47,809 nt of DNA from positions 1 to 47,809 of the forward strand of contig QNAZ01000001.1 in the NCBI GenBank assembly GCA_003641645.1. The letters run 5' to 3'. The position numbers and the translations under genes were made by a program. The notes under the pieces were generated by a model, which saw nothing but the letters and a program-made list of their open reading frames with translations, was not told the origin of the DNA and ran no database searches. The stretch is from Thermodesulfobacteriota bacterium. GTDB lineage: Bacteria > Desulfobacterota > Thermodesulfobacteria > Thermodesulfobacteriales > Thermodesulfobacteriaceae. Below, piece by piece: positions 1 through 9,340 of this stretch (its first letter is position 1; every line of letters begins with the position of its first letter).

Positions 1-993
1 AAGCAATGCTCCCTGAAGGGTAAACTCATCAAAAGGAATGAAGACTACTTCTAATCCTAAATCATTAGCTATCTTACATAGAGTTTCTCTTTTCTTTCTT
101 TCTGTTTTATATTCATCTGAATTTCTTGAAAAGCTTTCTGATAGATCAGCAGTATAAACAGTATATCCAACCACAACAGAATTCATTATACCAAATTCTA
201 ACAACCCTTCATCTTCTATTGGAATAACATTAACTATTTTTTCAAGTTCTCTTAACTCATCTTTATCTGCAATATGCTTTGTTGCAACAAGAACATCCCA
301 TGGCGTAATAGGAAAAGCCAAACAATCTGTATGGAAAAGCTTTCCTGTAGTCTGCCCTATTTTGAAAATTCTGCAATCAAAATTTTTCTCTATCCATTCA
401 AGAGCTTCTCTTGTGCTTCTTTCTCCATATCCACCAACATAATAATTATCTCTTATATATCTACAATCTGGTTCTCCTTCAAAGTAAAATCCTGCTGGTG
501 GTTGATGACATTCATAGCCACATTTTGTTAAAAAGTCAAATGCAACTGCTTCCTCTTTATCTCTTCCTTTTGCTCTAAATCTTGAAATAATACAAACTCT
601 TTTATCTAAAATATGTGGTAAATAAACGAAGCTATTTATATAATGGAGGTCGGCAAGTTTAGGGACTGTAGGGTAAGTCAATACAATTCCTTCTTGAGCT
701 AAACATTGATAAAGACAATGCCACTCATAAACCATTCTTCCTATATTAATTTCAACCTTTCCTTCTTTTGCCAACTCTTCCATCCATTCATTGTTTATTA
801 CAAATTCAGCATGTAATGGTGGAGTCATTACAAAGACTGGAAGATGTAAGTCAGATGGAGTGATAATTTTATCTTCTTTATTCTCTTCTTGGTTTTGTTG
901 CTTTCTTATAAATCTTAATTTTCTTACTTTTTCATTTTGAGCTTCTTTTTGTTGTTTTTCTTGTAGTTTTTTGACAATTTTGATTTTAGGCAT
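1..993 (-). CDS. Amidinotransferase / DDAH / arginine-deiminase (pentein) family protein, runs off the left edge
   Basis: Not in the ORF track. Manual translation from ATG at 991-993 (AGGAG SD upstream) stays open for 331 codons to the edge. Motifs: MTPP..INNEWM, SRFRAKGRDKEE, FYFEGEPD, GGYGERS, LFHTDCLAFP, EFTLQGALL (compare family FEG.GD, YHLD, EF.K.GG..C). Confidence 0.8.
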   Translation of the reverse strand, partial: MPKIKIVKKLQEKQQKEAQNEKVRKLRFIRKQQNQEENKEDKIITPSDLHLPVFVMTPPLHAEFVINNEWMEELAKEGKVEINIGRMVYEWHCLYQCLAQEGIVLTYPTVPKLADLHYINSFVYLPHILDKRVCIISRFRAKGRDKEEAVAFDFLTKCGYECHQPPAGFYFEGEPDCRYIRDNYYVGGYGERSTREALEWIEKNFDCRIFKIGQTTGKLFHTDCLAFPITPWDVLVATKHIADKDELRELEKIVNVIPIEDEGLLEFGIMNSVVVGYTVYTADLSESFSRNSDEYKTERKKRETLCKIANDLGLEVVFIPFDEFTLQGALL

Positions 994-1013
994 TTTTCTT
1001 ACTCCTGATAAAT

Positions 1014-1040
1014 GATAAGAATTTCTAATAAATTCTTATC
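1014..1040. promoter_or_regulatory. Perfect 11-bp inverted repeat GATAAGAATTT-N5-AAATTCTTATC between divergent genes; two copies of a recurring phage motif
   Basis: Seen directly. The same 11-mer recurs upstream of genes at 4235, 26114 and 35470. Confidence 0.6.
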
Positions 1041-1056
1041 TTTAAAAAGATAGTTA

Positions 1057-3861
1057 ATGCAAATATTCCGCATAGTATTAAATAGAAGCCCAGTTAACTT
1101 TGAATTAATCCCAGTTTACGACATACACTTCGGAACAGTATTCCATGATAAGCATCTTTTCAATAGGTTAGTAAGGTACATCCAAGACAATGAAAATGCT
1201 TATTGGTTTTGTGGTGGGGATATTTGTTATGATGAAGAAACAGAAATTCTTACTCCTGAAGGATGGAAAAAATTTACTGAAATTAAAGAAAGAGATACTG
1301 TAATATGTTATTGGGAAGATTCTCATTGCTTGAGACCTTCTTACATAATAAAAAAGTTTGTTTTCGATTATGGAGGAATAGCTATAAAATTAGAAAGCAG
1401 ATATATAGACCTTTTAGTAACTCCAGAACATAGAGTTTTAATCAAAGATGCAAGTAAATCTCGAATTGTAAAAAGAGCTTTTGAACTACTGGGAAGAAAA
1501 AAACCTTTTTGGATACCTGTAGCAGCTCCTTTCTATAAAAGACATACAGCAAATGGAATGCAAATTACTCATCATGTTAGCGAGCATACTATCAAACTTT
1601 TAGCTTGGATTATAACAGAAGGCTGGTTAGAATATCATCATAGAAATGGAAAACCTTTCAGAATAGGTATAGGACAATCTATAAAGCATAAAGAATATGT
1701 AAAAGAAATAGAAGAATGTATAACAAAATTAGGTTTATCAGCCAGAAAATATCAAAGAAAAGATGGAGTTATTCTTTGGAAATTTAATACAAGATCTACT
1801 GAAAAATTACTTTCCTATTTTGATAGTTTAGATATACATAGAATTCCAAGAAGACTTTTAAATCAAGATTATCCAAACTTAAAAATCTTATTTGATACTT
1901 TAATGAAAGGAGATGGTATTATATCAAAAAACACTTATTGCACTACTTCAGAAAAACTAAAAGATGATTTCTTAGAGCTTTGCTGTAAATTAGGCTACAG
2001 TTGTACAGTTACAAAAACCAGTTCTAACAACATTGTTATGAACAGAAAATGTAAAGTCAAAGACATCTACTTAATTTATATAAGAAAACGCAATGGAGAA
2101 GGTTGGGCAAAAGTTGATAATGTTTCTACTCAATACTATAAAGGAAAAGTTTGGTGTGTTACTGTTCCTTCTGGTTTTATCGTAGTAAGAAGAAATGGAA
2201 AAATAGCAATATGCGGTAACTGTGAATTTATAAACTTACAGGATAAAAGATTCGAATATGAAACTCTTGAAAAATCATTTCAGAAAAATATAGAAAGAAT
2301 CCTAACCTATTCAGTAGAGTATGCAACAGAAAAACTAAAACCAATTGCAAATAAATGTCTATTTATGATAAGTGGGAATCACGATGAAACGCACAGAATT
2401 AGATTTGGGTTTGATCCTATTTCTTCTATCTGTAAAAATTTAGGAATAAAAAACTATACCAATTCTTATGAAGCATTAGTAAAAATTTTATTTAAGCATA
2501 ACAGAACAAGTTCACTTACTTTATATGCTCATCATGGACATGGTTATTCAAAAGTAAGAAGTGGAACTTTACTCAATCCATTAGAAGATGCTATGACAAA
2601 TTTTGACGCTGACATCTTTATAATGGGACATTGTTTATCAGAAGATACTGAAATATTAACAAAAGAAGGCTGGAAAGGAATTGATGAAATTAAAGAAGGA
2701 GATGAAGTCTTAACACTTAACTTAGAAAAAGATATATTAGAATATAATAAAGTACTTGCAAAATGGGTTTACAGTAAAGAAGATTATCCTGAACTAATAC
2801 ATATAAAAAGAAAAGGATTAGATATCTTAGTGACCAAAGATCATAGGATTATATACAAAAGAGAAACAGGATATTTCGAAACTACAGCAGATAACTTAAA
2901 AGCAGTTATGAAAATACCTCAAAGTGGAACTTTTCCAACTGAAGGCTTAAATATGTCAGATGAAGAAATAAAACTTTATGCTTGGATAATTTCTGAAGGA
3001 AGTCTTTATAATATAAAAAATGGAAAAGAATCAGTAGGATTAAACATTTATCAAAATAAAGGAAGTAAATATAGTCAAGAAATCAAAGCAATTTTGGATA
3101 AACTAAAAATCAAATACACTATTGAAGAAAGGAAATTTAAAGGGAGAAAATTTACAATTAGAGGAAAAACTTATAAGACAAAAGATAATTGTTTAAGATT
3201 TTATATCTGGGCTAAAGATGCAAAGAAAATAAGAAAAATCTTAAAAGATAAAACAATACCTCAAATTTTTAAAGATAAAATGAATGATAGACAATGGCTC
3301 ATTTTTTTAAAAGAACTTGTTAAAGGAGATGGACATTTTTCAAAAAATGCTAAATTTTCTTGGCAGTACTATACAAAAAATAAGAAACTTGCAGATGATA
3401 TTCAAGAAATGTGTATAAAACACAATTTAAGATGCTCCATAAAACAAAGAAGAAATCAATATGAACTATATATTTCTAAGCATAATACTTATACAATATG
3501 TAAATATTATAATATATCAAAAACTGTAAAAAATACAGGAAGAGTATGGTGTGTTAGTGTAGCAAATGGAACTATTGTTACAAGAAGAAATGGAAAGGTA
3601 GCAATTTTAGGTAATAGCCATTATTTAGTATTTACATACAAAAACTTTCTCACTTTAAATAATAGTGGAACAAGATTAAAAGTTAAACAAAAATTGTTAT
3701 TAAGAGTTGGCGGATTTAGATTTTCAAGAAAAGTTGGTAGCTGTAGCTATGAAGAAAAAAGAGGAATGCGTCCGAATGCAACTGGAACTTATATCATAAA
3801 AATTATTGCTAATCCTTATCCAATTGGATCATTGAAATTTTCTGTGATTCCTTTTATTTAG
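1057..3861 (+). CDS. Calcineurin-like metallophosphoesterase (about 274 aa spliced) interrupted by two inteins
   Basis: DIHFG, GGDI|C, GNHD, HHGHG and GH|SH metal-binding motifs, with two intein blocks between them. Confidence 0.88.
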   Translation: MQIFRIVLNRSPVNFELIPVYDIHFGTVFHDKHLFNRLVRYIQDNENAYWFCGGDICYDEETEILTPEGWKKFTEIKERDTVICYWEDSHCLRPSYIIKKFVFDYGGIAIKLESRYIDLLVTPEHRVLIKDASKSRIVKRAFELLGRKKPFWIPVAAPFYKRHTANGMQITHHVSEHTIKLLAWIITEGWLEYHHRNGKPFRIGIGQSIKHKEYVKEIEECITKLGLSARKYQRKDGVILWKFNTRSTEKLLSYFDSLDIHRIPRRLLNQDYPNLKILFDTLMKGDGIISKNTYCTTSEKLKDDFLELCCKLGYSCTVTKTSSNNIVMNRKCKVKDIYLIYIRKRNGEGWAKVDNVSTQYYKGKVWCVTVPSGFIVVRRNGKIAICGNCEFINLQDKRFEYETLEKSFQKNIERILTYSVEYATEKLKPIANKCLFMISGNHDETHRIRFGFDPISSICKNLGIKNYTNSYEALVKILFKHNRTSSLTLYAHHGHGYSKVRSGTLLNPLEDAMTNFDADIFIMGHCLSEDTEILTKEGWKGIDEIKEGDEVLTLNLEKDILEYNKVLAKWVYSKEDYPELIHIKRKGLDILVTKDHRIIYKRETGYFETTADNLKAVMKIPQSGTFPTEGLNMSDEEIKLYAWIISEGSLYNIKNGKESVGLNIYQNKGSKYSQEIKAILDKLKIKYTIEERKFKGRKFTIRGKTYKTKDNCLRFYIWAKDAKKIRKILKDKTIPQIFKDKMNDRQWLIFLKELVKGDGHFSKNAKFSWQYYTKNKKLADDIQEMCIKHNLRCSIKQRRNQYELYISKHNTYTICKYYNISKTVKNTGRVWCVSVANGTIVTRRNGKVAILGNSHYLVFTYKNFLTLNNSGTRLKVKQKLLLRVGGFRFSRKVGSCSYEEKRGMRPNATGTYIIKIIANPYPIGSLKFSVIPFI
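1225..2220 (+). mobile_element. Intein 1 (332 aa) with LAGLIDADG homing endonuclease
   Basis: Starts CYDEETEILT; block B LLVTPEHRV; LAGLIDADG-like LLAWIITEG and FDTLMKGDG; ends RRNGKIAICGN followed by Cys+1. Confidence 0.92.
2632..3615 (+). mobile_element. Intein 2 (328 aa) with LAGLIDADG homing endonuclease
   Basis: Starts CLSEDTEILT; ILVTKDHRI; LYAWIISEG and LKELVKGDG; ends RRNGKVAILGN followed by Ser+1. Confidence 0.92.
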
Positions 3862-3866
3862 AAAAA

Positions 3867-4196
3867 TTATTCACTTGATGAATAAAATTCTTTAGTTAGA
3901 CTTTTTATTTCTTTTTGTAATTCTGTCAATATATTTTCAATCTTTTCTAATCGGTTCTCTAAGAAATCGAGTCGTGTTGATAACAGTTTCAAATCAGAAC
4001 GGTATTCTTGTTCCAATTCTGTCTTTAATCTATCTGTTAATTTGTTATAATCCGACAGAGTTAAGTAGTTACTATTTAAAGGTTTTGGTTCTATTGTCCT
4101 CAATAAAACTCTTTGTAAGAGAAAGATAAAAATCCCTGAAAAAATTCCAAGAGCTACAAATTGAAATAAAATCAATGAAATCTTTTCCCAAGTCAT
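3867..4196 (-). CDS. Membrane-anchored coiled-coil protein
   Basis: N-terminal hydrophobic helix, then a heptad-rich C-terminus; GATAAGAATTT motif upstream. Confidence 0.6.
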   Translation of the reverse strand: MTWEKISLILFQFVALGIFSGIFIFLLQRVLLRTIEPKPLNSNYLTLSDYNKLTDRLKTELEQEYRSDLKLLSTRLDFLENRLEKIENILTELQKEIKSLTKEFYSSSE

Positions 4197-4234
4197 ATCT
4201 TTTTATTATTATTCTGAAAATTTTAAACTTTTAC

Positions 4235-4245
4235 AAATTCTTATC
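4235..4245 (-). promoter_or_regulatory. GATAAGAATTT motif copy
   Basis: Exact copy, intergenic, oriented toward the gene starting at 4196. Confidence 0.5.
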
Positions 4246-4248
4246 TTT

Positions 4249-5232
4249 CTATGAAATCTTTTCATAAATCCTTCTAAGCAAAGCTTTAACTGAAAAGAAT
4301 TGCTGAATATTATCAAAATACTTTCCTTTATTTACAAAATAAGAAAACAAATAAGAATAGTAATTAAGGTTTATATCATTTCTCCAATAAATTTCAACTG
4401 GAATTCTATAAAACATGCAGGTAATAATATCAAATACTTCATAAAGATAGTAATCAACTTCATAGCATTCAAAATCAAAAAGAATACCTTTATTAGACTT
4501 TTTACCAAAATTTTCTAAAACTTTATCAACAAGAACATAAAGAGAAACAGCAATATTCTCCGAAACTTGATAAAAAGGTAATAAACTTAAGAATATAATA
4601 TCAAACAAAGTTTCCTTTTTATCTTTGGCAACATTAAAAGAAGGTCTTACTGCTATCAAATATTCTTTTATATTCATTTCTTTTTCTACTAATTCAATCA
4701 AAGTATCAAATATTCCTAAACTTAATTCTCTGAAAGATAAGTTTACATTCTTTAGATAAAGAAGAAGAGTTTTAGGATTGTTATAATATTTCTTGATTTC
4801 ATTGCAGTATTTCTCCAAAATAGGATAATGATATAGATGGAATAGAGCATTACAATTAGTGCAATACATTATAAGATTACATCTTTTGCTAAAATTTCTT
4901 ACATTGAAACCTGAAGGATATACCAATCTAATAGCTTTAGCTTTGCATTCCCATAAGAAAGTATGAATATTGAATAAAGCTAACGGAGAATTAATAAAAT
5001 GAGCATAAACTTCTCTTTTAGCCTTATTCAGCTCAGAAGCTTTATCTGGAGAAACATAAAATAACTTTCCACTTATTTTTTCCTTTCTTAGATACCTCGG
5101 TAATTTAGAAATAGGTATATTGTAATGCTTTATATCAAGAAAAGAAATTCTTGGCTGATATAAATCAAAGAAATCTGTAAATTTAAATCTGTTAAAATAT
5201 TCTGTTTTGTCTGTTAAATAGATAAGTTTCAT
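4249..5232 (-). CDS. Hypothetical protein (327 aa)
   Basis: Long ORF with an ATGA overlap to the upstream methyltransferase; no family recognised. Confidence 0.7.
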   Translation of the reverse strand: MKLIYLTDKTEYFNRFKFTDFFDLYQPRISFLDIKHYNIPISKLPRYLRKEKISGKLFYVSPDKASELNKAKREVYAHFINSPLALFNIHTFLWECKAKAIRLVYPSGFNVRNFSKRCNLIMYCTNCNALFHLYHYPILEKYCNEIKKYYNNPKTLLLYLKNVNLSFRELSLGIFDTLIELVEKEMNIKEYLIAVRPSFNVAKDKKETLFDIIFLSLLPFYQVSENIAVSLYVLVDKVLENFGKKSNKGILFDFECYEVDYYLYEVFDIITCMFYRIPVEIYWRNDINLNYYSYLFSYFVNKGKYFDNIQQFFSVKALLRRIYEKIS

Positions 5233-6518
5233 TGATTAAAGTTTAATTTTAGTTGTCTTGTTTCTTTTAAAATCCTTCTCTTTGCAATTTCACAATATTC
5301 AGGATTAATTTCTTTTCCTATCCATCTTCTTCCTAATCTTTCTACTACTACTGCAACTGTTCCACTGCCCATAAAAGGATCTAATACAATACCACTTTCC
5401 CAACCAGCATTACAACCGCAATCAGTCCAACCAATAGTATATATTTCATTATGCCCTTCTAAACCAGTTCTTGCTCTTGGAATTGCAGGCATCTCTTTAG
5501 AACCAGAAATTACATTTTGATAAGCTTTTCTTTTATCTTCAAATACTTTGTGAACAACTAATTTTTTCTCTATTATTCTTTCTCTTATAAAACCACATTT
5601 TTTACAAATCCATTGAGGACAAGCACATTTTATCATTGGTTCGACTAATTTTTCTGAAAAAGTAGCAAAATGAGATTCTGGAAAAGGTTGAGTTGGAATT
5701 TCCCAAAGATCTCCTGGATTTTTACCAAGAGGATGTAGAGGAGCAACTATACCCTCTATACTTTCTCTATGTTGAACTGTTCCTATCTTTTCTAAATATT
5801 TAATATTAGGTCGTGGTTTATTAATACCTCCTCCACCTCCATAATCAGGCAAGTTTGCATACTTATGGCTTGAGCTAACTCCTCTCATTGCTCTTTCAAT
5901 TGAAACTTGTTTATGTGGGACTCTTACTGCATCTAAATCAAACCAATATTTCTTATTCTTAACTAACATAAAGATAGGTTCATAAGCATTAGTAAATCTA
6001 TCCCTTACTGAAGAAGGCATGTGATTAGGCTTATACCAAATAATTATATTTCTTAAAATTAATCCAAGTTCATCAACACATTTTAAAATAAAGCGATAAT
6101 TTTGAAGACATAAACACTTTTGAGGAATTTTAACTTTAAATCTATTCGGTCTTATATTATTTCGTGTATTTTTTGCAGAAGGATATTTAGGATCTATACT
6201 TCCATAACCTTTCCCACTACCTGAATAACAATCATCATGATTCCAAAATATTACTCCTGTCTTTTTTAAAATTCTTTTTAATTCTCTCATTACTTTAAAA
6301 AGTTTTTCAAGATATTCTTCTAAAGAAGATTCTAATCCAATTTGATCTTCTATCTGATAATCTCTTAAACCCCAATAAGGAGGTGAAGTAATAATACAAT
6401 CTATACTTTCATCAAGAAATTTAGGTAATATTTCCAAAACATTAGCACAATATAAAATTCCATTGTCGGCTTCAAAATACCTGTTTTCTTTTGGAAATTT
6501 ATCTTTCCAATTACTCAT
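5229..6518 (-). CDS. Beta-class N4-cytosine/N6-adenine DNA methyltransferase
   Basis: TSPPYW catalytic motif precedes the SAM motif LDPFMGSGT; IWYKPN; CKKC...CGC insertion. Confidence 0.92.
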   Translation of the reverse strand: MSNWKDKFPKENRYFEADNGILYCANVLEILPKFLDESIDCIITSPPYWGLRDYQIEDQIGLESSLEEYLEKLFKVMRELKRILKKTGVIFWNHDDCYSGSGKGYGSIDPKYPSAKNTRNNIRPNRFKVKIPQKCLCLQNYRFILKCVDELGLILRNIIIWYKPNHMPSSVRDRFTNAYEPIFMLVKNKKYWFDLDAVRVPHKQVSIERAMRGVSSSHKYANLPDYGGGGGINKPRPNIKYLEKIGTVQHRESIEGIVAPLHPLGKNPGDLWEIPTQPFPESHFATFSEKLVEPMIKCACPQWICKKCGFIRERIIEKKLVVHKVFEDKRKAYQNVISGSKEMPAIPRARTGLEGHNEIYTIGWTDCGCNAGWESGIVLDPFMGSGTVAVVVERLGRRWIGKEINPEYCEIAKRRILKETRQLKLNFNQ

Positions 6519-6523
6519 AACCC

Positions 6524-7072
6524 TTAAAAGAAATAGCTTATTAAAACTTCTACTTTATCTCTCAAAAACTTATCTTTTATTTGAAAACTAAAATCCAATT
6601 CTAAATCTCTACAAAACTGTAAAAAAGAGGCAATATGAGAAGTAAAGAAAACATTGCAAGCCAAAACTATCTTATTTCCCTTCCAACCTAATCCTGAAAA
6701 GAAAACATCTAACTTTGCATTATAAACATAAGAATATAAAAAAAGAACATCTTTATTTTTTAATTCTTTAGAAGCAAAATCATAAACTATTTCCAGTAAG
6801 AAATAAGGATTATTAAAATTTCTTAGTTTTTGTCTTGGTAATCCAAATATTCTGTCCATTGTTAGTCTTGCATTATGCTGACCATCACTAAAGGAAAACC
6901 AATCATCTGAAAAAGGCAATCTCCATAAAACAAATAATTCATTTCCTTTCAAAAAATCAGCTAAAATCTCAAGATTATCTTTATTAACCTGATAATTTAG
7001 CAAATAAAGAAAGTTATCATTAAAATATGACAAATACTGCACATTTGCATTTATTTGCGTTGCATTTCTCAT
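6524..7072 (-). CDS. Hypothetical protein
   Basis: ORF packed in the minus-strand operon. Confidence 0.6.
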   Translation of the reverse strand: MRNATQINANVQYLSYFNDNFLYLLNYQVNKDNLEILADFLKGNELFVLWRLPFSDDWFSFSDGQHNARLTMDRIFGLPRQKLRNFNNPYFLLEIVYDFASKELKNKDVLFLYSYVYNAKLDVFFSGLGWKGNKIVLACNVFFTSHIASFLQFCRDLELDFSFQIKDKFLRDKVEVLISYFF

Positions 7073-7076
7073 TTTT

Positions 7077-7481
7077 CTAATCTTCTTCTAAAATTCTTAT
7101 TATTTTATCTTTATTAATTACAAAATAAACAATTGCAGAAAAATATCTTCCTAAAATATCTTCTACAAGAATGAAAGCTCTATTGTAATCTTCTTTCAAC
7201 GCTAAATCTTTTTCTTTAACTTCTTTTTCTGATAGAAAACATATTTCTCCTTTTAATTTTCCAAAATCAAATTTTTTTCTTATCAAATCAAAATCAAATG
7301 CAAAAAGCTTAATTAAAGATAAATCAAGAAGATAAAAATCTGAATCTTTAACTTTATAATAGTAATAATCCCAACTGCTACAATATTTTATTTCATTTCC
7401 TTTTCTTTGAATACTAAAAATAGAATATAGACCAAATGGAATAAAGACTGGAAAGTGATCATAGTAAAGTCTCAAATTCAT
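7077..7481 (-). CDS. Hypothetical protein
   Basis: ORF packed in the minus-strand operon. Confidence 0.6.
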   Translation of the reverse strand: MNLRLYYDHFPVFIPFGLYSIFSIQRKGNEIKYCSSWDYYYYKVKDSDFYLLDLSLIKLFAFDFDLIRKKFDFGKLKGEICFLSEKEVKEKDLALKEDYNRAFILVEDILGRYFSAIVYFVINKDKIIRILEED

Positions 7482-8382
7482 TTTCGTTCTCTTGTAAGAA
7501 ATCTACTATGGAAACATATCTTATAGGTAAATTATAAATCTCTTTACCTATTTCACAAGGATCTTTATCTTCTGGCAGTTCAACTATTCCTATATCCATT
7601 ATTCCTTCTTTCATCAAATCATAAGCAAGCTTGTAAGCATCATCAATTGCATCAGCATCTAAACAAATATAAATCTTCTGCCAAGTATTCTTTATTAGTC
7701 TTTTCTGTTGCTTTGTTAAACTCTTACCGAAACAGGCAACTGCTTTTTCTGGAAAGGGCAATATATCAAATATTCCTTCGCAAAGAAAAACTTCATCAGA
7801 ATTCTTAACTCTATCATAATTGAAAACATAATCTTTCATATTTCTACTTTTATAATTATAAGTATAGTATTTAGGTTCTTCTCCAAATATTGCTCTAAAC
7901 TGAAAGCCTACCAACTCATTTTCAACTTTAACTGGTATCATTATTCTTTGATACAAATGTGGAAAGCTTTTATCAACACAAAAACTAATTTCATATTCCT
8001 GAATAAACTTATCAATATAATCCTTTGAGTAAATCTTTTCTAATTTGTTTAAGAGAAATTGATAGCCTATACTATCAAAAACAGGAATACTCTCTGGAAT
8101 TTTGTCTAAAGAACTTCCTTTTATTGGCTTAGGTAAACTTATTCCATCAATATAAAAGCTATGTTCTATTTTGAAGTTTTTATCGAACTTTAATATTTTT
8201 CCACATCTGAAACAATATCCAACTCCTTTTGTAAGATTGATATATAAATGAAACTTTGTGTCTGGAGGTTTTCCTATTTGAACACAATAAGGACAGCAAA
8301 ATCTTATTTCATCATCATGACTTGGAACTTCTTTATATTGTCCAAATTTTTTAACTAATTTCTTCAGATTAAGTCTTTTCAT
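7459..8382 (-). CDS. DNA primase (Zn ribbon + TOPRIM)
   Basis: CPYC..H...CFRC zinc finger; CEGIFD and LDADA TOPRIM motifs; C-terminal KDP. Confidence 0.88.
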   Translation of the reverse strand: MKRLNLKKLVKKFGQYKEVPSHDDEIRFCCPYCVQIGKPPDTKFHLYINLTKGVGYCFRCGKILKFDKNFKIEHSFYIDGISLPKPIKGSSLDKIPESIPVFDSIGYQFLLNKLEKIYSKDYIDKFIQEYEISFCVDKSFPHLYQRIMIPVKVENELVGFQFRAIFGEEPKYYTYNYKSRNMKDYVFNYDRVKNSDEVFLCEGIFDILPFPEKAVACFGKSLTKQQKRLIKNTWQKIYICLDADAIDDAYKLAYDLMKEGIMDIGIVELPEDKDPCEIGKEIYNLPIRYVSIVDFLQENENEFETLL

Positions 8383-9322
8383 TAAATAATGCTTGTTTTA
8401 AGATTTTTGCTATTTCTCTTATTTCTTCTTGAGCTTGTAAAATACATCTTTTTTCTACAAAATCTTTCCATACAAATATTGGAGCAGAAGCAATCAAAGT
8501 AGTTGCAGTTCCTTGCGGCATTAGAAATCTTAATTCTTCTTTCCTAAATTTTTCTCTAACTTTTAAGCTTGTATATAAACCATACAAATCCTGAAAGTCC
8601 ATATAAATACGATTAAATAAATCATAATCTTCCTGAAATCTATAAGGCAAGCAGAAAGCATCTACATCAGTATATCTATGACTTCTCTGATTGAAATTGA
8701 TAGAAGTATGTCTTACCCATTGATGAGAACATACTCTACTAATATTATAAGCTAAAACTACTTTCCATTCTGGAATACTACTATTAAAGATAAAAAGCTT
8801 TGATTGTAAATACCTTGCATTAAATTCACTTAATTCAATAACAATATTAGATTTTAACTCAAATGATTTCATGAAATCATTATCCTTTCTCCAATCATAA
8901 AGCTCTATATCAATTAACTTTCTAAACTTTTCTTCTGGTAAGTTTTCTGCAAAATGTCTCAAAGTAAATATTGCTATAAATTCATCTATTGGAAATACTT
9001 TAAAGAAATATTTGAAAATTCTTTCTCTTGTTTCTACATTAATATCTGATAAATTAACAACAATTGGAGTATGAGCAAATATACTGAAATGTTTTTTCTC
9101 ATACAAATTAAGTAAAAATTGAGTTCTCTTTTCTTTATCTAAAAATTTTTCTTCAAATAGAATTCTGATAGGATAATCTGAATAATAGCAAATTCTTGCT
9201 CCTAAATAACTGAAAATCAAATCTTTTTTTAGGCTCTCTTTATTCATTCTTTCATATAACAATTCAGCATAATATTTTCTTTTTTCTTTTAGATAAGTTT
9301 CATAATTGTTTTTTGTTAGCAT
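8369..9322 (-). CDS. thyX: FAD-dependent thymidylate synthase
   Basis: ARICY, HFSIFAH, SRVCSHQWVRH...QRSHRY, RFLMPQG, AQEEIR. Confidence 0.88.
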   Translation of the reverse strand: MLTKNNYETYLKEKRKYYAELLYERMNKESLKKDLIFSYLGARICYYSDYPIRILFEEKFLDKEKRTQFLLNLYEKKHFSIFAHTPIVVNLSDINVETRERIFKYFFKVFPIDEFIAIFTLRHFAENLPEEKFRKLIDIELYDWRKDNDFMKSFELKSNIVIELSEFNARYLQSKLFIFNSSIPEWKVVLAYNISRVCSHQWVRHTSINFNQRSHRYTDVDAFCLPYRFQEDYDLFNRIYMDFQDLYGLYTSLKVREKFRKEELRFLMPQGTATTLIASAPIFVWKDFVEKRCILQAQEEIREIAKILKQALFNEKT

Positions 9323-9340
9323 TTTCCATACCTTTCTTTA

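Noticed and set aside
274-531. Short antisense ORFs in the track (e.g. 274, 4300, 9921, 11766, 12441, 18773, 28648, 31389-32183, 34034-34487, 36845, 37707, 41147-41405, 44000, 44725, 45825, 47504)
   Set aside because: They are shadows on the opposite strand of well-supported genes, with F/L/S/I-rich translations and no SD.
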